A stretch of DNA of 64,000 nucleotides, from positions 224,001 to 288,000 of the forward strand of contig CBDBMG010000001.1 in assembly GCA_965207375.1 (NCBI GenBank), read 5' to 3'. Below, piece after piece: positions 15,113-27,478 of the stretch (positions are counted from its first letter, which is position 1; every line of letters begins with the position of its first letter). The stretch comes from Nitrosopumilaceae archaeon. GTDB taxonomy: Archaea; Thermoproteota; Nitrososphaeria; Nitrososphaerales; Nitrosopumilaceae. The position numbers and the translations under genes are program-made. The notes beneath the pieces are model-generated. The model was not told where the DNA came from, searched no databases, and worked only from the letters and a program-made list of their open reading frames with translations.

Positions 15113-15445
15113 TGATAAATGGATCAGTGGTTGTGTTTGTTGGAGAACCTGTTGTAGTTGGAGAGGATGTACGAGTGACTATTGACTGTAGTCCACTGAT
15201 AGATGAAGCAATAGCTGGTGGAATTTCAAATCCCACTGTAACTTGGTTTAGAGATGGAAATGAACTTACAAATGCAACTGTAACAAATGTTCAAATATCT
15301 GCTGATATGAGACTTTGTATAATTACTGATACCTTACTGGCTGTTGGTGGTCAACTTGGAAATGAAGGCAATTATTCCTGTCAAGTTTGTGATGATCCCA
15401 CAGGTCCAAATTGCAGAAATGAAATCACTTGCAATGCAGTTTGTG
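15113..15445 (+). CDS. Ig-domain exon 1
   Basis: VTIDC...VTWFRDG...GNYSCQV; AG acceptor and GTGAGT donor, phase 1-1. Confidence 0.85.
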
Positions 15446-15503
15446 GTGAGTAAGATTTTTGTTCTTTTTTGTTATAATGATATTGGTACCTATATTTCTT
15501 TAG

Positions 15504-15812
15504 GCTACCCTCATATAGTGCCACCAACTGTACCAGCAACTGTGAATCCATTTTTTATATCACTAACATGTGGACAAGACGTTACTATTGAAAGTTTAGT
15601 AGGAGTAGTTTCTCTTTCTATTGGCTGTCAGGCATTGAATGGATCAGAACCTTTGGTTACAGAAATTTACAAGGATGGTGAACTCCTCGGAGGTACAGGT
15701 TTTACATTTACAATGCTACCTCCTAGTGATGATGATTTTGGTACATATACTTTTGCACTGTCAACTGAAAAGTGTGGTACAACTACAGCAGTGTCTAGAA
15801 TAATTCGTCATG
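15504..15812 (+). CDS. Ig-like domain exon 2
   Basis: LSIGCQALNGSEP...IYKDG...DDDFGTYTF; follows a 58-nt intron; phase 1-1. Confidence 0.8.
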
Positions 15813-16240
15813 GTTAGATCTTTTTACTTTTTATAAAGTGGTAGTTACAGGGTAACTATATACCATGGTTAATTACAAGTGTTACTATACGGCTATAAGC
15901 TATTATAATATATACACAACTAATGATGGGGAAATATGATGAAAAGTCCGAAGTGTTAACTTGCTACTCCTTTTCATATTTAAGCTGTTAATGACACTTC
16001 AATTACTCTACATGGTTTCTTGTCAGCACTTGCTTATAATTAACACTTAAAAGTAGCAGTGATACAGTGGTGGCTGAAGGGTGGTTGAGAGGCTCCCGAC
16101 TTTATAAAATTCATGGGCAGAGCCCCTTCAAAACTAATGAATTGTGATGTAGTATAACATTTACTACCCTAATAGAACAGTCGATAGGAACACATCAAGA
16201 ATCCTATTTGTTTCCACTGCATCTGTGATATGCTTAACAA

Positions 16241-16628
16241 TAACAGCCTGGCTGAAAAAGTGTGAGGCCAATCAGAAGGAGCATTATCAAATGGTTATAG
16301 GTAACCAAAAACTTTGATATCAAGTAGCTATGGCCAAGAAGGTAAAATTAATCCTAAACAAAAACAGTCTGGCTGTAAAAAAAGTCCAAGGCGGCATTGT
16401 ATCAAGTGACAACCAACCAAAGACTTTGATATCAAGTACAGCCAAGAAGGTAAAACTTTTTGTTAAAAATCCTTTCACTTGAATGATATAGCTACAATAA
16501 TTCACAGGACATTTTCACAACTATGATTGGTTTTGTCACTTGACCACCTTTATAAATAATGGATGGTACAAAAAGGTGGCCAAGTGACAAAACCAATCAT
16601 AGTTGCGAAAATGTCCTGTGAACTAGTA
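16241..16628. mobile_element. Foldback element family B, partial copy
   Basis: Similar to 17179-17592; keeps the inner inverted arms around about 16550-16571. Confidence 0.7.
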
Positions 16629-17178
16629 TATTTACCCTGTAAAGCAATGAAGAGTCATAAAAGAGCCTGTGGGGTCACTGAAGGGCATTATTAATGTGGC
16701 ATGGGGTGCCAAGCAGCTCCCTATGTCCACCTCAGCTTGTGCTATGGTCTGGAGCCACTGTGATCAACTACTAAACATATCATGAAGCTTGGCTGCCTCT
16801 GTCTACTGGCAGTTATAACCAACCCACCATCACCCTCTCCACCCCCTTCCCACCTGTTCACCCCTTATATGCAACGTTCATGATATTCCGGAAGCCTCTC
16901 AAAAATCAATGATTTCAACTAGCTGCCAACTTTGTTCATATAATGCTAGGTATGTATAAAACTAGTCTACCTTGTTGCAAATCTAGAGTGATTATATACA
17001 ATTAAGCATACAGTGTCTTGAATAATTAAAATTGGTATTTGTGACAATACAGCTAGTATTCAGGTACAAATAGTACAAGATTAGCTATGATGCATAGCCA
17101 GCACTGAGCTCACCATATCATGAAGCAGCTACAGTAAAACTCAACTAAACTGCTACTGTTCTGGGCTTTGTATTGTTA

Positions 17179-17592
17179 ATGCTAAACAAAAACAGCCTGG
17201 CTGTAAAAAAAGTGCGAGGCCAATCAGAAGCCACAAATATAAGCGACCAAAAACTCTGATATCAAGTAAGGCCAAGAAATTGAACATTTTATTAAGAATC
17301 TTTTTACTTGAATGACATACAATAGTTTACAGGGCATTTTCACAACTATGATTGGCTTTGTCACTTGGCCACCTTATAAAAGATGATAGTGCAAAAAGGT
17401 GGCCAAGTGACAAAGCCAATCATAGTTGTGAAAATGCCCTGTAAACTATTGTATGTCATTCAAGTAAAAACATTCTTAATAAAATGTTCAATTTCTTGGC
17501 CTTACTTGATATCAGAGTTTTTGGTCGCTTATATTTGTGGCTTCTGATTGGCCTCGCACTTTTTTTACAGCCAGGCTGTTTTTGTTTAGCAT
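17179..17592. mobile_element. Foldback MITE family B (~197-bp near-perfect arms, 20-nt loop)
   Basis: ATGCTAAACAAAAACAGCCTGG...GGCCACCTT / AAGGTGGCC...CCAGGCTGTTTTTGTTTAGCAT. Confidence 0.85.
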
Positions 17593-17989
17593 ATCACTGC
17601 TTTTTGTAAATATTCAAAAACAGATTATATACTATAAATAAGTCCTGACAAGAAACCTTATATATAGTATGCAGAGTAATAAAATTTTAAAGGGAAGAGG
17701 AGGAAGTTAATATTTTGGGTATTTCCCTTGTATTCCCCCAAATAACTAATGAACATTATAAAGTATGTGTTATTATAATATAATTGTTAGCTATGTAGGT
17801 GGAGAACAGTTGAGAACTTCAATGAAGGCTACATCATTGCCATCCTCTACTGTTGATTGATCTACAGGAGAAGACAATTAATATTATAGTGCAAAATATT
17901 GTGTATGCTAATAGTGACAGTGGTCTCCTATTTGTAATGTGTGGCCATTGTTCACCTCTTGTTGTTTGGTATAATTATCATGGCACATT

Positions 17990-18837
17990 AACATGAATGA
18001 AATCGTTAAAGGCTAATTTTGATAAACTGAAGTGTCATAATTTCTTTAAACTTATCCTGAAGATTCATATATCAATATAGCTTGTGTATCTGAAATTTCA
18101 TTCAAATGATTTAGAGGGGGTCCGAGTTATGGAAACTATCAACATACAGTGTAAAAGTATCTCTCAAATACATTGAGGTATTTGCTTAATGCTGAAAGTT
18201 GTTTGTCTGGTAGAGCATACATAGGAGAAGTGTTGATACAAATTTGGTTGAAATCCATGCAGAAATGAATGAGTTATTAGACAAACAAGTGTATGTACTA
18301 AATGAGTGTTTTAAATATAAATTCCGGGATTCACGCCGGGGGTCACGCAAGCCCACGAAAAGTGTGCGATGAAAATAAAAGAAAGAAAGTAGAAAGAAAG
18401 AAAAAGAAAACGACGGCCGCGTAAAAAATTTTTTACTGGAAGGAGGACTTTATAAGGCTGTATCAGAAGACTGGCTGGTCCGATTTCGATGAACTTTGGG
18501 TTACTGATTCTACATTAAATGAAGGTACTAATTCTCTAATCAACGAACGAAAAGGGGCGGGGCAGATGGTTCGTCGTGCGTTGTCGCAAAACGAGCGCCA
18601 TAAAACTCGCAATGGCTGATACTCAGGAATGGAGGCAGCTATTTACTTCATTGTTGGTATATTGATTCTATATAGTAAGAACGTACTAGGTCTGTAATAA
18701 CTAAGCGGTAGCTTTTATGGCGGCTTAGTTACAGCGTCTGCGAATTTTTGAGCGGTGCTACCTGTAAATAACTCACTCGTTCGTCGTGTACGGCTGCTTC
18801 TTCTTGGCCTCGCGACTCACTATCGTGAGTCTTGATT
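17990..18837 (+). mobile_element. Interspersed repeat family D (Helentron-like, terminal hairpin GACTCAC-TATC-GTGAGTC)
   Basis: 18592-18837 is near-identical to the reverse complement of 63755-64000. Related pieces at about 44060-44460, 46746-46820 and 49700-52007. Start approximate. Confidence 0.7.
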
Positions 18838-19761
18838 TACTGGATTGTAAGTCAGTGTGAAAATAGTCTGCATTAGCTATACATCACTGATCCTTTAAAT
18901 AGCTCTCCTGTGTGTTAGCACATTATAGTATAACCGATTTTCCAACATACAAACTAGCTATATTCTGTATAAGCAACAATGCAGTCAAATGATTGGTGTG
19001 CTATAGTTAGCATTTATCCTATGGTGATCATGAGAGTGGCTGATAGCCATTAATATGATATACATGGATAGTCACTTTACTGAAATTTTTGAAAGTTTGT
19101 TCATATATAGAATAGTTGCATAAGTGGCTAATTAATTACTTCCGTGTAGCAAAATTGTATGCTTTGTTATATGAGTATTTCATGAGTAGAAGTTTTATTA
19201 CAATGCCTCTAAACATTGCTATGTTAGCAGGAGGCAAGGAGGAAGGTACGTATAGTAGAAACATGTAGCTAGAGTGGAGAGATTTCATTTTCACAGTCAG
19301 CGAATTATTGCTAAGTATTAGCAGGTTTTGTGTGGGCAGCAAAATCCTTTTCCCTTGAATAGAGTGAGTGACAATAAGAGAATGCTAAGATGATGGTATT
19401 GGGCAGTAGCTACACACTTAACATTTCATTGGCAAAGCTATGTATGTTACAGCTTTGTTTAGAGAACGTGACCTTTGATGATTTAAGTAGAGCACTTGTT
19501 CTTGTTGGACACAGTAGAACCACTCTGATTTTAAGTGTCTTTTGCCATAGTATTTCCCAACCACCTTCCTGTTATTTTTAACAAATCAGTATCCAATTTA
19601 TGTCAAAAGAATATAGCTAACAGACAGCTGAACTACAGCAAAAAAATGAAATTATGCCACTCTTTTTATTTGCCACATGGAAGTTGTTTTACATCATGTT
19701 TGTGACGTGTTTGCAACTACTCTGTACAAGAAACAATTTGACAATTTGTATGTCTGACTTA

Positions 19762-20001
19762 CCGTATATTGCTTTTTGTTCACGGTGAAAAAGTTTTGCG
19801 GATGGATGAGGTACTTCTAATTCGCTGGTAAACTTTCGCGGTTCACTGCAGAAGTTTGCTGCTTATCAGGTGTCATAGAATTGTTTATTGTATGAATGAA
19901 AAGGTTTCAATGAAAAAGTTTCATGGAAAAATTTTCACGGTTACCGATTGAACTGCGAAAACAGCGATAGTTTTTCACCACAAACAAAAAGCAATATACA
20001 G
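19762..20001. mobile_element. TA-flanked Tc1/mariner-type MITE
   Basis: TIRs CCGTATATTGCTTTTTGTT / AACAAAAAGCAATATACAG, with TA on both sides. Confidence 0.7.
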
Positions 20002-20047
20002 TATTTAATTACTCTTGTTTTGTTTTTCAATTTATCTATTTTATTAG

Positions 20048-20362
20048 GTGTTCCACCAGACATTGATGAGGGGCCATTTATACCACAGCCACCTACTGTT
20101 ATGCCTGGAGACATGACAGTTACAATAGGAACTCCTACATATATAGTTGATGGATTTGAAGTTACTCTTGTCTGTAACATTGTTAGTGGAACACGCCCAA
20201 TTACCATTATGTGGATTCGTAATGGAGCATTTTACCCAGCTGGAGGAAATCAATCTATTATTACAGTACCTGATACTGATTATAATGATGGCGATGTCTT
20301 CACTTGTAGAGCTGATAATACTATAGGGTTTGACATGGAGAATACTACTATAAATGTGTTTG
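20048..20362 (+). CDS. Ig-domain exon 3
   Basis: VTLVCNIVSGTRPITIMWIRNG...DGDVFTCRADN; TAG acceptor and GTAAGT donor, phase 1-1. Confidence 0.9.
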
Positions 20363-22384
20363 GTAAGTGAAATTTCCATATTTTCATTCATAGTAACATA
20401 CAATTAATATACAAGTCAGTCTTATTGCATAATTTCATGTCAATGATATAAGAATTGAAATATTGACAACTTTACTGAAATCTGTGTTATCAAGTGGTAA
20501 TGAGTTACACAGCCAAGTAAAGTAGACTTAATTCATGCATAGTCATAAAGCATGCCACCACCACAATGAGTATTGCAAGCATGTAATAAAACACCAAACT
20601 GAACTGTTACTAAACCTTTTAAATACTGGGCTCCATAAAACCACTTACCAGTAATCTTCACTATGTCTTCCAACCTAGGATGTTAATCCTTTTCTAGCTT
20701 CTACTTATGGATTCTATAGGACATTCTAAGTCTAGACCTGTCACTGGTTTTTACAAAAGTTTCTTGACTTAAATAGTATCATGCACTTATGATATAGTTT
20801 GGTCTTTCTCTAAATCAACTTTGTGGGTTTGTAAAATTTCAGGCTGAACCACCTCTGTAATATTGTATGGCTCATGTGTCCTTGACTAATTAAGGTGTGA
20901 ATTTTATGTTTTACATTAGCTAATAACATTGTACTGCATAGCATATGTGAGAGCAACACTGATTGTCAGCCTTGTTTGAAATTTATATTTGTTTTAATGT
21001 ATAGAAGCCATTCATATCATTTTCATAAGTGACTATGCTAATGTAACACATAAAAATTCCTCCAAACTGTTTTTATTCAACCAATAAAGTTATGATACCT
21101 TTAGGAGAGGGGAGACTTATCAGACAAAGAAATTAAAGACGATAGTATCGTTACAGTTGGAGTTGGAATTGCCATACAATATGCTCTATATAATTCCCAC
21201 TCAAGTCACATTAATCACCTAAACTAAAGTATGCATGCAAGTACCACACTTAGTGCTTTTTATACATGCATCTATCTACTTAACAGTAGTCAGACATCAT
21301 ACCACTGTTACTGTTCATTACATAATTTTTGAGACCTATTAAAATCAGGTGATACTTGTCTTTATCAGGTGGTCATAATATAAGGGTTATTGATAAGGTG
21401 TGTCATTGTACACATATCCGGCTTAATTTTTTCTCATTGAGTAGCTAGCTATAATTAATAGTCTGTTTTCTGGGCAATGATGTAGTTTATTTTTGCATTT
21501 CACTATCTCAGTAAAGTAACTCTTACTCTTTTAACAAGCAACCTAATTTTTCTAAGAAAGTAAGTCCTCAGACCCCGCCCTTAATTTAAACATCCTTTGA
21601 ATTTTGTTCCATATATGTAGAGCTTGTCTTTGCTCTTCGTACTTTAAGATCACGGAGTTACCAAATAAAATATGATTAAGGTGCTTAATTTATAAGCCTT
21701 CTATGACTGTTTTAAGTTACAGAAGATACTTCACATTTGTATTAAAAGAATAATATAAACTACCCAATAAGTTAACCACTTAGCTATAAGAGTTGACAGT
21801 TATAAGTGATGAAACTATAAGAACTAATTCGGAATGTTCAGGGAATGTAAATTAGGTCCTTTTGAACATTTTTATAGCTTAACATGACTTTTGATAATAT
21901 TTGCAGTGCATTATCACTTTGCTTGTATAGAAGTCATTATTAGACCATCATCTTTTCCAAATCATTCTGAATTGAGAGAATGGAAACACTATAATATTAC
22001 TTAAACAATATTCATTTCTATTGATACCAGTATAGCAAAATTTGTATAGATTACTTGATAGTTGGTATTTTTGATGAATAGTGTGCCTGTATACATGCCA
22101 ACTAACTGCATGTATCGGAATGTATCAAAAACCCCTTAAGGTGATGAGGTAATACAACTAACACGCAACCCATGTATTTCTGTAAGACAGTTGGTATTTT
22201 TGATGAATAGTGTGCCTATATACATGCCAACTAACTGCATGTATCAGAATGCATCAACAACCCCTTAAAGTGACAAGGTAATACGACCCATGTATTTCTG
22301 TAAAACACGCAATCATTACGTAACAGTTGGATTAATAACTACCCACTCCAGGTTTTGTTTAGCAAAAGTTTATAAATTCCTATT

Positions 22385-22765
22385 ATGACTGCTGTCACTA
22401 TGGCTACTGTCGCTATGACTTCTGTGACTATCACTAGTTACTATGACTACTATGACTATGACTACTGTGACTATGACTACTGTGATTATGACTACTGTGA
22501 CTATGACTACTATGACTATGACTACTGTGACTATGACTACTGTGACTATGACTACTATGACTATGACTACTGTGACTATGACTACTATGACTATGACTAC
22601 TGTGACTATGACTACTGTGACTATGACTACTGTGACTATGACTACTGTGACTATGACTACTGTGACTATGACTACTATGACTATGACTACTATGACTATG
22701 ACTACTATGACTATGACTACTGTAACTATTGTGACTATTGTGACTGTGACTGCTGTCACTATGAG
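22385..22765. repeat. GACTAT/GACTACTGT minisatellite (15-bp higher-order unit) abutting an acceptor
   Basis: Seen directly. Confidence 0.9.
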
Positions 22766-22790
22766 TATTGTGAATTTGTGTTGTTTGCAG

Positions 22791-23132
22791 AGCCACCACA
22801 AATTCTACCTATTCCTTTCCCAACTCCTCCACCTGGTGAAATAACAGTCAGTACTGGTCAACCTATGAATACTACTATTATTACACTTGGCACAGATGTT
22901 ACTATTTACTGTCCATCCAGTGGTATTGATACTCCTAGTATTGAATGGTTCAGAAATGGTGTAATGGTTGTGGCTGGTGGTCGGTTTACAATCTCTACAA
23001 CAACATTACCTGGAGCAGTCATTACTAGTGTTTTAAGAATTGATGATTTTCAAGGATCAGATGCTGGTACTTATACCTGTACTGCTACCAATGTAGTGGG
23101 TTCAGATGATGGAGGTACTACATTGCTAGGAG
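22791..23132 (+). CDS. Ig (I-set-like) domain exon 4
   Basis: VTIYCPSSGIDTPSIEWFRNG...DAGTYTCTATNVVG; TTGCAG acceptor and GTTAGT donor, phase 1-1. Confidence 0.9.
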
Positions 23133-23750
23133 GTTAGTTGTTACAGGCTACATATTTCATTTCATTGTTATGTCAAATTTGTTGTAACACCTTCACACAA
23201 TTACATCAAAGGATGCAGGTGTGGATATCAGCACACTTGGCTGTGGTATCACCTGGACATCAAAGTGTATAAGTGTGGCATAATCTGATGTCACCTATTT
23301 GAAGTGTTCAAAAACTTTAACTTGGTCTTTATATAGTCACACCAATGCAATATCGATTGTAGTTTTTAGTTTTTAAGCTGATTATTAATTGCCATTTCAA
23401 TACAGTTTTGTTTTTAATCTAAAAATGTTTCTAAAGGCTATCTGTTATCTATTTCAAGTTTATAAGCTGAAGTATAACTAAGCGCCATTCGAGCTGAGTT
23501 GCTCACGTGACAAAAATAATCTATTTACTGTGTGACTGTATGTAGCTATATTAATCTACTTTAGTTACAATACTCACCATTATATTAAGCCCATTATAAA
23601 TCTTGCAGCTTTATAAAAAGTTGTGGTAAACCCACAATCACTGCCACTACCATGCAAGAACGTCATGACAATGATAAAATAGAGACCCACAATGAGTACT
23701 CATTACTATATAAAGAGGCTGAGAGTTTAGCATCAAGGCCATCCAATTGG

Positions 23751-24113
23751 TAGTGATGTGTGATATTGAGTTTTTATAGACTATACGATATCAATATAAT
23801 AATTACTTTACAAGGTCAATATCAATACGATAATAATATCTGCTATATGTACCAAGTACCCACTGCCAAGTAAATGATTAGTTACTATAAGGGTTTGCTA
23901 CTGCAGGTTTTTATAAATGCTTGCTAATTTCAGTAGAGAAGTTTAATATTTTTTACAGCAAACTCATCAAAGGTATGATATTTGAACAACTTTACATGCA
24001 AAAATCTTTAAACGATAAATTGTTTATGTAAAGTAAAAATCGATAATGAAATCGATACGGTATCATCGATTATTGCAATGTGGATAAAAGAAACGATATA
24101 TTGCACATCATTA
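23751..24113. mobile_element. hAT-type MITE
   Basis: TIRs TAGTGATGTG / CACATCATTA; 8-bp TSD CCAATTGG on both sides. Confidence 0.8.
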
Positions 24114-24839
24114 CCAATTGGTGTCCTCTATAGGCACCATTCTTTTAATTGTGACATCACAGCGGCAAGATGCCCTCCAGAAAAGCAGACCAGTTCATAT
24201 TGGACAATAGAGACCGAGGGGTCCTTCATTCTTTGAAATGTCGTTGATCAACTCTGAAATTTATTTGAAATTTTTTATTAAAATAAATTTTGAAATTTGA
24301 AATCTTATTTTTGGTTATGTTTGGATATTGGAAGTCATTGTGTTCGGGAAATTTAAAATTCAGCCTAAATATTAGCAAATTTTAAATGTTGTTGACAAAT
24401 TTGAGGAGTGAAGGACCCCAGTAGAGACACTGTACATGGGGTTGAGTTTCTCAAAGTTGGGGGCTCTTCCCCTCCAGCTCCCTAGTCCCCATTCCACTGC
24501 CACCAATAATAAGAGTTGAAGAAAGTTTAAATACATAGTTTCTAAGATCAAGATTTATCCATCAAATTCCAAAAAGAGTTATAGCCATGCAGCCTGTCAT
24601 CAAAATTTTACCAATAATTTTAATGGCTCATGTAATCATCAAAACTTTAGCTAGTTACATGACTACCTATCAATTATTTGCACTACTATATTAAATAGAC
24701 ACAGTTACTAACTGCATAAGTATACAGCTAGCTATTATAAATTTATCAGTGAAGTATTTATAGTGTATATAATATATATAGCTATAACTACATAGGTAAT
24801 GTAAATGTTGTCAGTTAACAGAAATTTTAATTGATATAG

Positions 24840-25163
24840 CAACAGCTCCACCAGTTATTGTTGAGGGACAATGCATACCACAACCAGAAGTTATTCCTAA
24901 TAATGATGTAACAGTGATGATAGGATCTCCTGCATACATTGCTGATGGATATGATCTCACTATCACTTGTAATATTATTAATGGAATACCTCCAATAAAT
25001 ATTAGTTGGTATCGTAATGGAGTAGTTGATTCATCCAGAGGAAGCACATCAACTATCACAATATCAAATGTGGACATTAATAAAGATAATGGTGTAGTCT
25101 ATACCTGTAGAGCTGAAAATGATAACGGATATGATGAGCAGCTCACTAGTGTTAATGTGTTTA
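24840..25163 (+). CDS. Ig-domain exon 5 (paralogue of exon 3)
   Basis: LTITCNIINGIPPINISWYRNG...GVVYTCRAEN; TAG acceptor and GTAAGT donor, phase 1-1. Confidence 0.9.
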
Positions 25164-26992
25164 GTAAGTTAACAAATGTATATGGAGAGAGGAGTTGTAT
25201 TGTTGTATGTGAAAATTAATAATCATACTAGAAGGTGAGAGGTGATAGTACTGTCGCTACTGAAATCACCACTCATGTCACAACGATACACAGTGAATAA
25301 TCAACAAAACTGAAGTTTGCCCAGAGCCACCGTGCCTTGTTATATACGGTACAGTCCAACTACAACTCCACATTATCATGCGTTATTACGTGTGTTCACA
25401 CATGGCTACATGGAAAGAGCTGTCGTGCCCCACACTATGTGGCTGCATGTCCCACGGCCACATCCAACATTGTCACGCATGTCCATGCGTGGAAATTAAC
25501 AGCTACACGGCTATAAGAGCTGTTGTGGCTGCGTGTCCTACTCAACTTCATGCAGAGGGCATTCATAGAAATTATATCACTGTACCTGTTAATATTGAAA
25601 TATAATTGGTACGCCTCATCACGGTTCTTTAGTTCCGGCAACATTGTAACGGCCACAACTATGTCATGGAGGACACTTCAGAATGCACCACTACCTTTTG
25701 TTTGCTACTATTAATATTACTACCAGATTAACTAAGTAAGTAAAGAGGCCTTCAAATCATCAGTTTTCTTGTACCTCAAAACTTTGAAATAATTGACATG
25801 TGAGCCAAACAGTTTTCGTTTCGTGGTTTTTGTGATGATCAGGTGAAGGCTAAGGTGTTAGAGATCAAATGTCTCCTTGAAACTTATTGCGTAAGTAAGT
25901 TATGTTTTATGTATTGAAGTAGTTAGGGGTGAATATATGGCGATGGAAAGATTTCCTCGTCTAGCACACCAAGTATTTTATTTCAAGTTTCAATTGATAA
26001 TAGTTTGCAAAAGCAGCCTGTAGGCAAATAATGTGTCTTAACATCAATAAGTTAGTTATATGAAGTTCTTAGTTTATAACCTTAATCTGTGTAATATGCA
26101 GAGGATATCTGATGATTTACATGCCGGGAATACTGGCCCATGTGTGAAACAGACCCATGTAGAAATAACACGTCCTTTGTGAGTTGTGTAAACAGTAGAT
26201 TCACGCATGATTATTTTTCTCTTTCATGCTGAAACACATACCTTATTTGCTATAGCTACGTATGTGCATGGTGGTTAAGATAGTATATACCACTTTGCGT
26301 GGGAGGATCAAGGGGAATTGCAGGGCAATATATCTTATATTGCCCTCTGCAGGGGGCAATATATATATTGCCCTCTCCAGAGGGCAATATTCAGATATTG
26401 CCCGGGAAGGTGGTTTCCAGCAATCCTTTGAACCACTCTTTGATACAAAGCTTTCATAGCTTTGATCCAAATGCTGTTTGGACTGCATTTGTGTAGTAAG
26501 TATTGATCAATCCTTTATATAGTGAGCCATATGGGATTTGATTGTGGGTTTCAATATAGTATCACAAAGGCGCTTTCATAGCTTTGATCCAAATGCTGTT
26601 TGGACTGCATTTGTGTAGTAAGTATGTATGTATTGATCAATCCTTTATATAGTGAGCCATATGGGATTTGATTGTGGGTTTCAATATAGCATCACAAAAA
26701 CGTTTTGATCATCAAATCACAGTGCTATGATGTATGGGGTGGGGCTTGGGGTGATGTTCGCCCACACATGATTGCATATTGAGCTGATGTTTGCCCATGG
26801 GTCACTAGTATGATTAATTATTTATATAGTGAGCCCTACAAGATTTAATTGTGGGTTTCAATATGACATCATAAAAACGTTTTGATCATTAAATTCAAAC
26901 CCACAATGCAATCCAATAAGTCCCCATATAAATACAGGGAGGCCATGAAGCTATGATTGTGCTGGTTTGCCCACACATTAATTGGTATATAA

Positions 26993-27096
26993 TAGTTATA
27001 CCATGTGCACTTGTGGTTTGTCTGATATATACACCCTCGGCCCTCGGGCTTTGGGTGTATATATCAGGCAAACCACTCGTGCCCATGGTATAACTA
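26993..27096. repeat. Short palindromic element
   Basis: TAGTTATACCATG...GATATATACACCC / GGGTGTATATATC...CATGGTATAACTA. Lies next to a cluster of GGGCAATAT hairpins (about 26325-26405) and a ~135-bp tandem duplication. Confidence 0.8.
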
Positions 27097-27478
27097 CTAA
27101 ATATTCTACATTTGTTTTCATGATCACTGTGCTATGACCAAAGGTACATAGATGCATGCAATGTTTTGTGAATACTATGGATGGCATAGCTAGTAGCTAG
27201 CTATAATGCAAACATCAGCATCAATATTGTATTCACATTAGCTGATGGTATAAAATATGCATGCACATACTACAATTGTAGCTTATAGATAGCTAGCTAG
27301 CTTGCTACGTAACATCCTGTCAACTAGTTATGTTTGTTATTGTTCTAGCTCCATTATGTTCTCATGAAATTTGTAGATCTAGAAGAAATATCTTGTGCAT
27401 AATGTAAGTTGCTCTATAGTCTACATACGTACGTAGGTAATAACAAAGGGCCCCAACTCCAAAAAATCTTGTATGATA

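Noticed and set aside
22385-22790. Asp/Tyr/Cys repeat (YDYDYCD)n open in frame with Ig exon 4, suggesting a mineral-binding domain
   Set aside because: It is a minisatellite that is open in several frames. An in-frame stop lies just upstream, the AG at 22436-22437 is not phase 1, and a good phase-1 acceptor sits at 22790.
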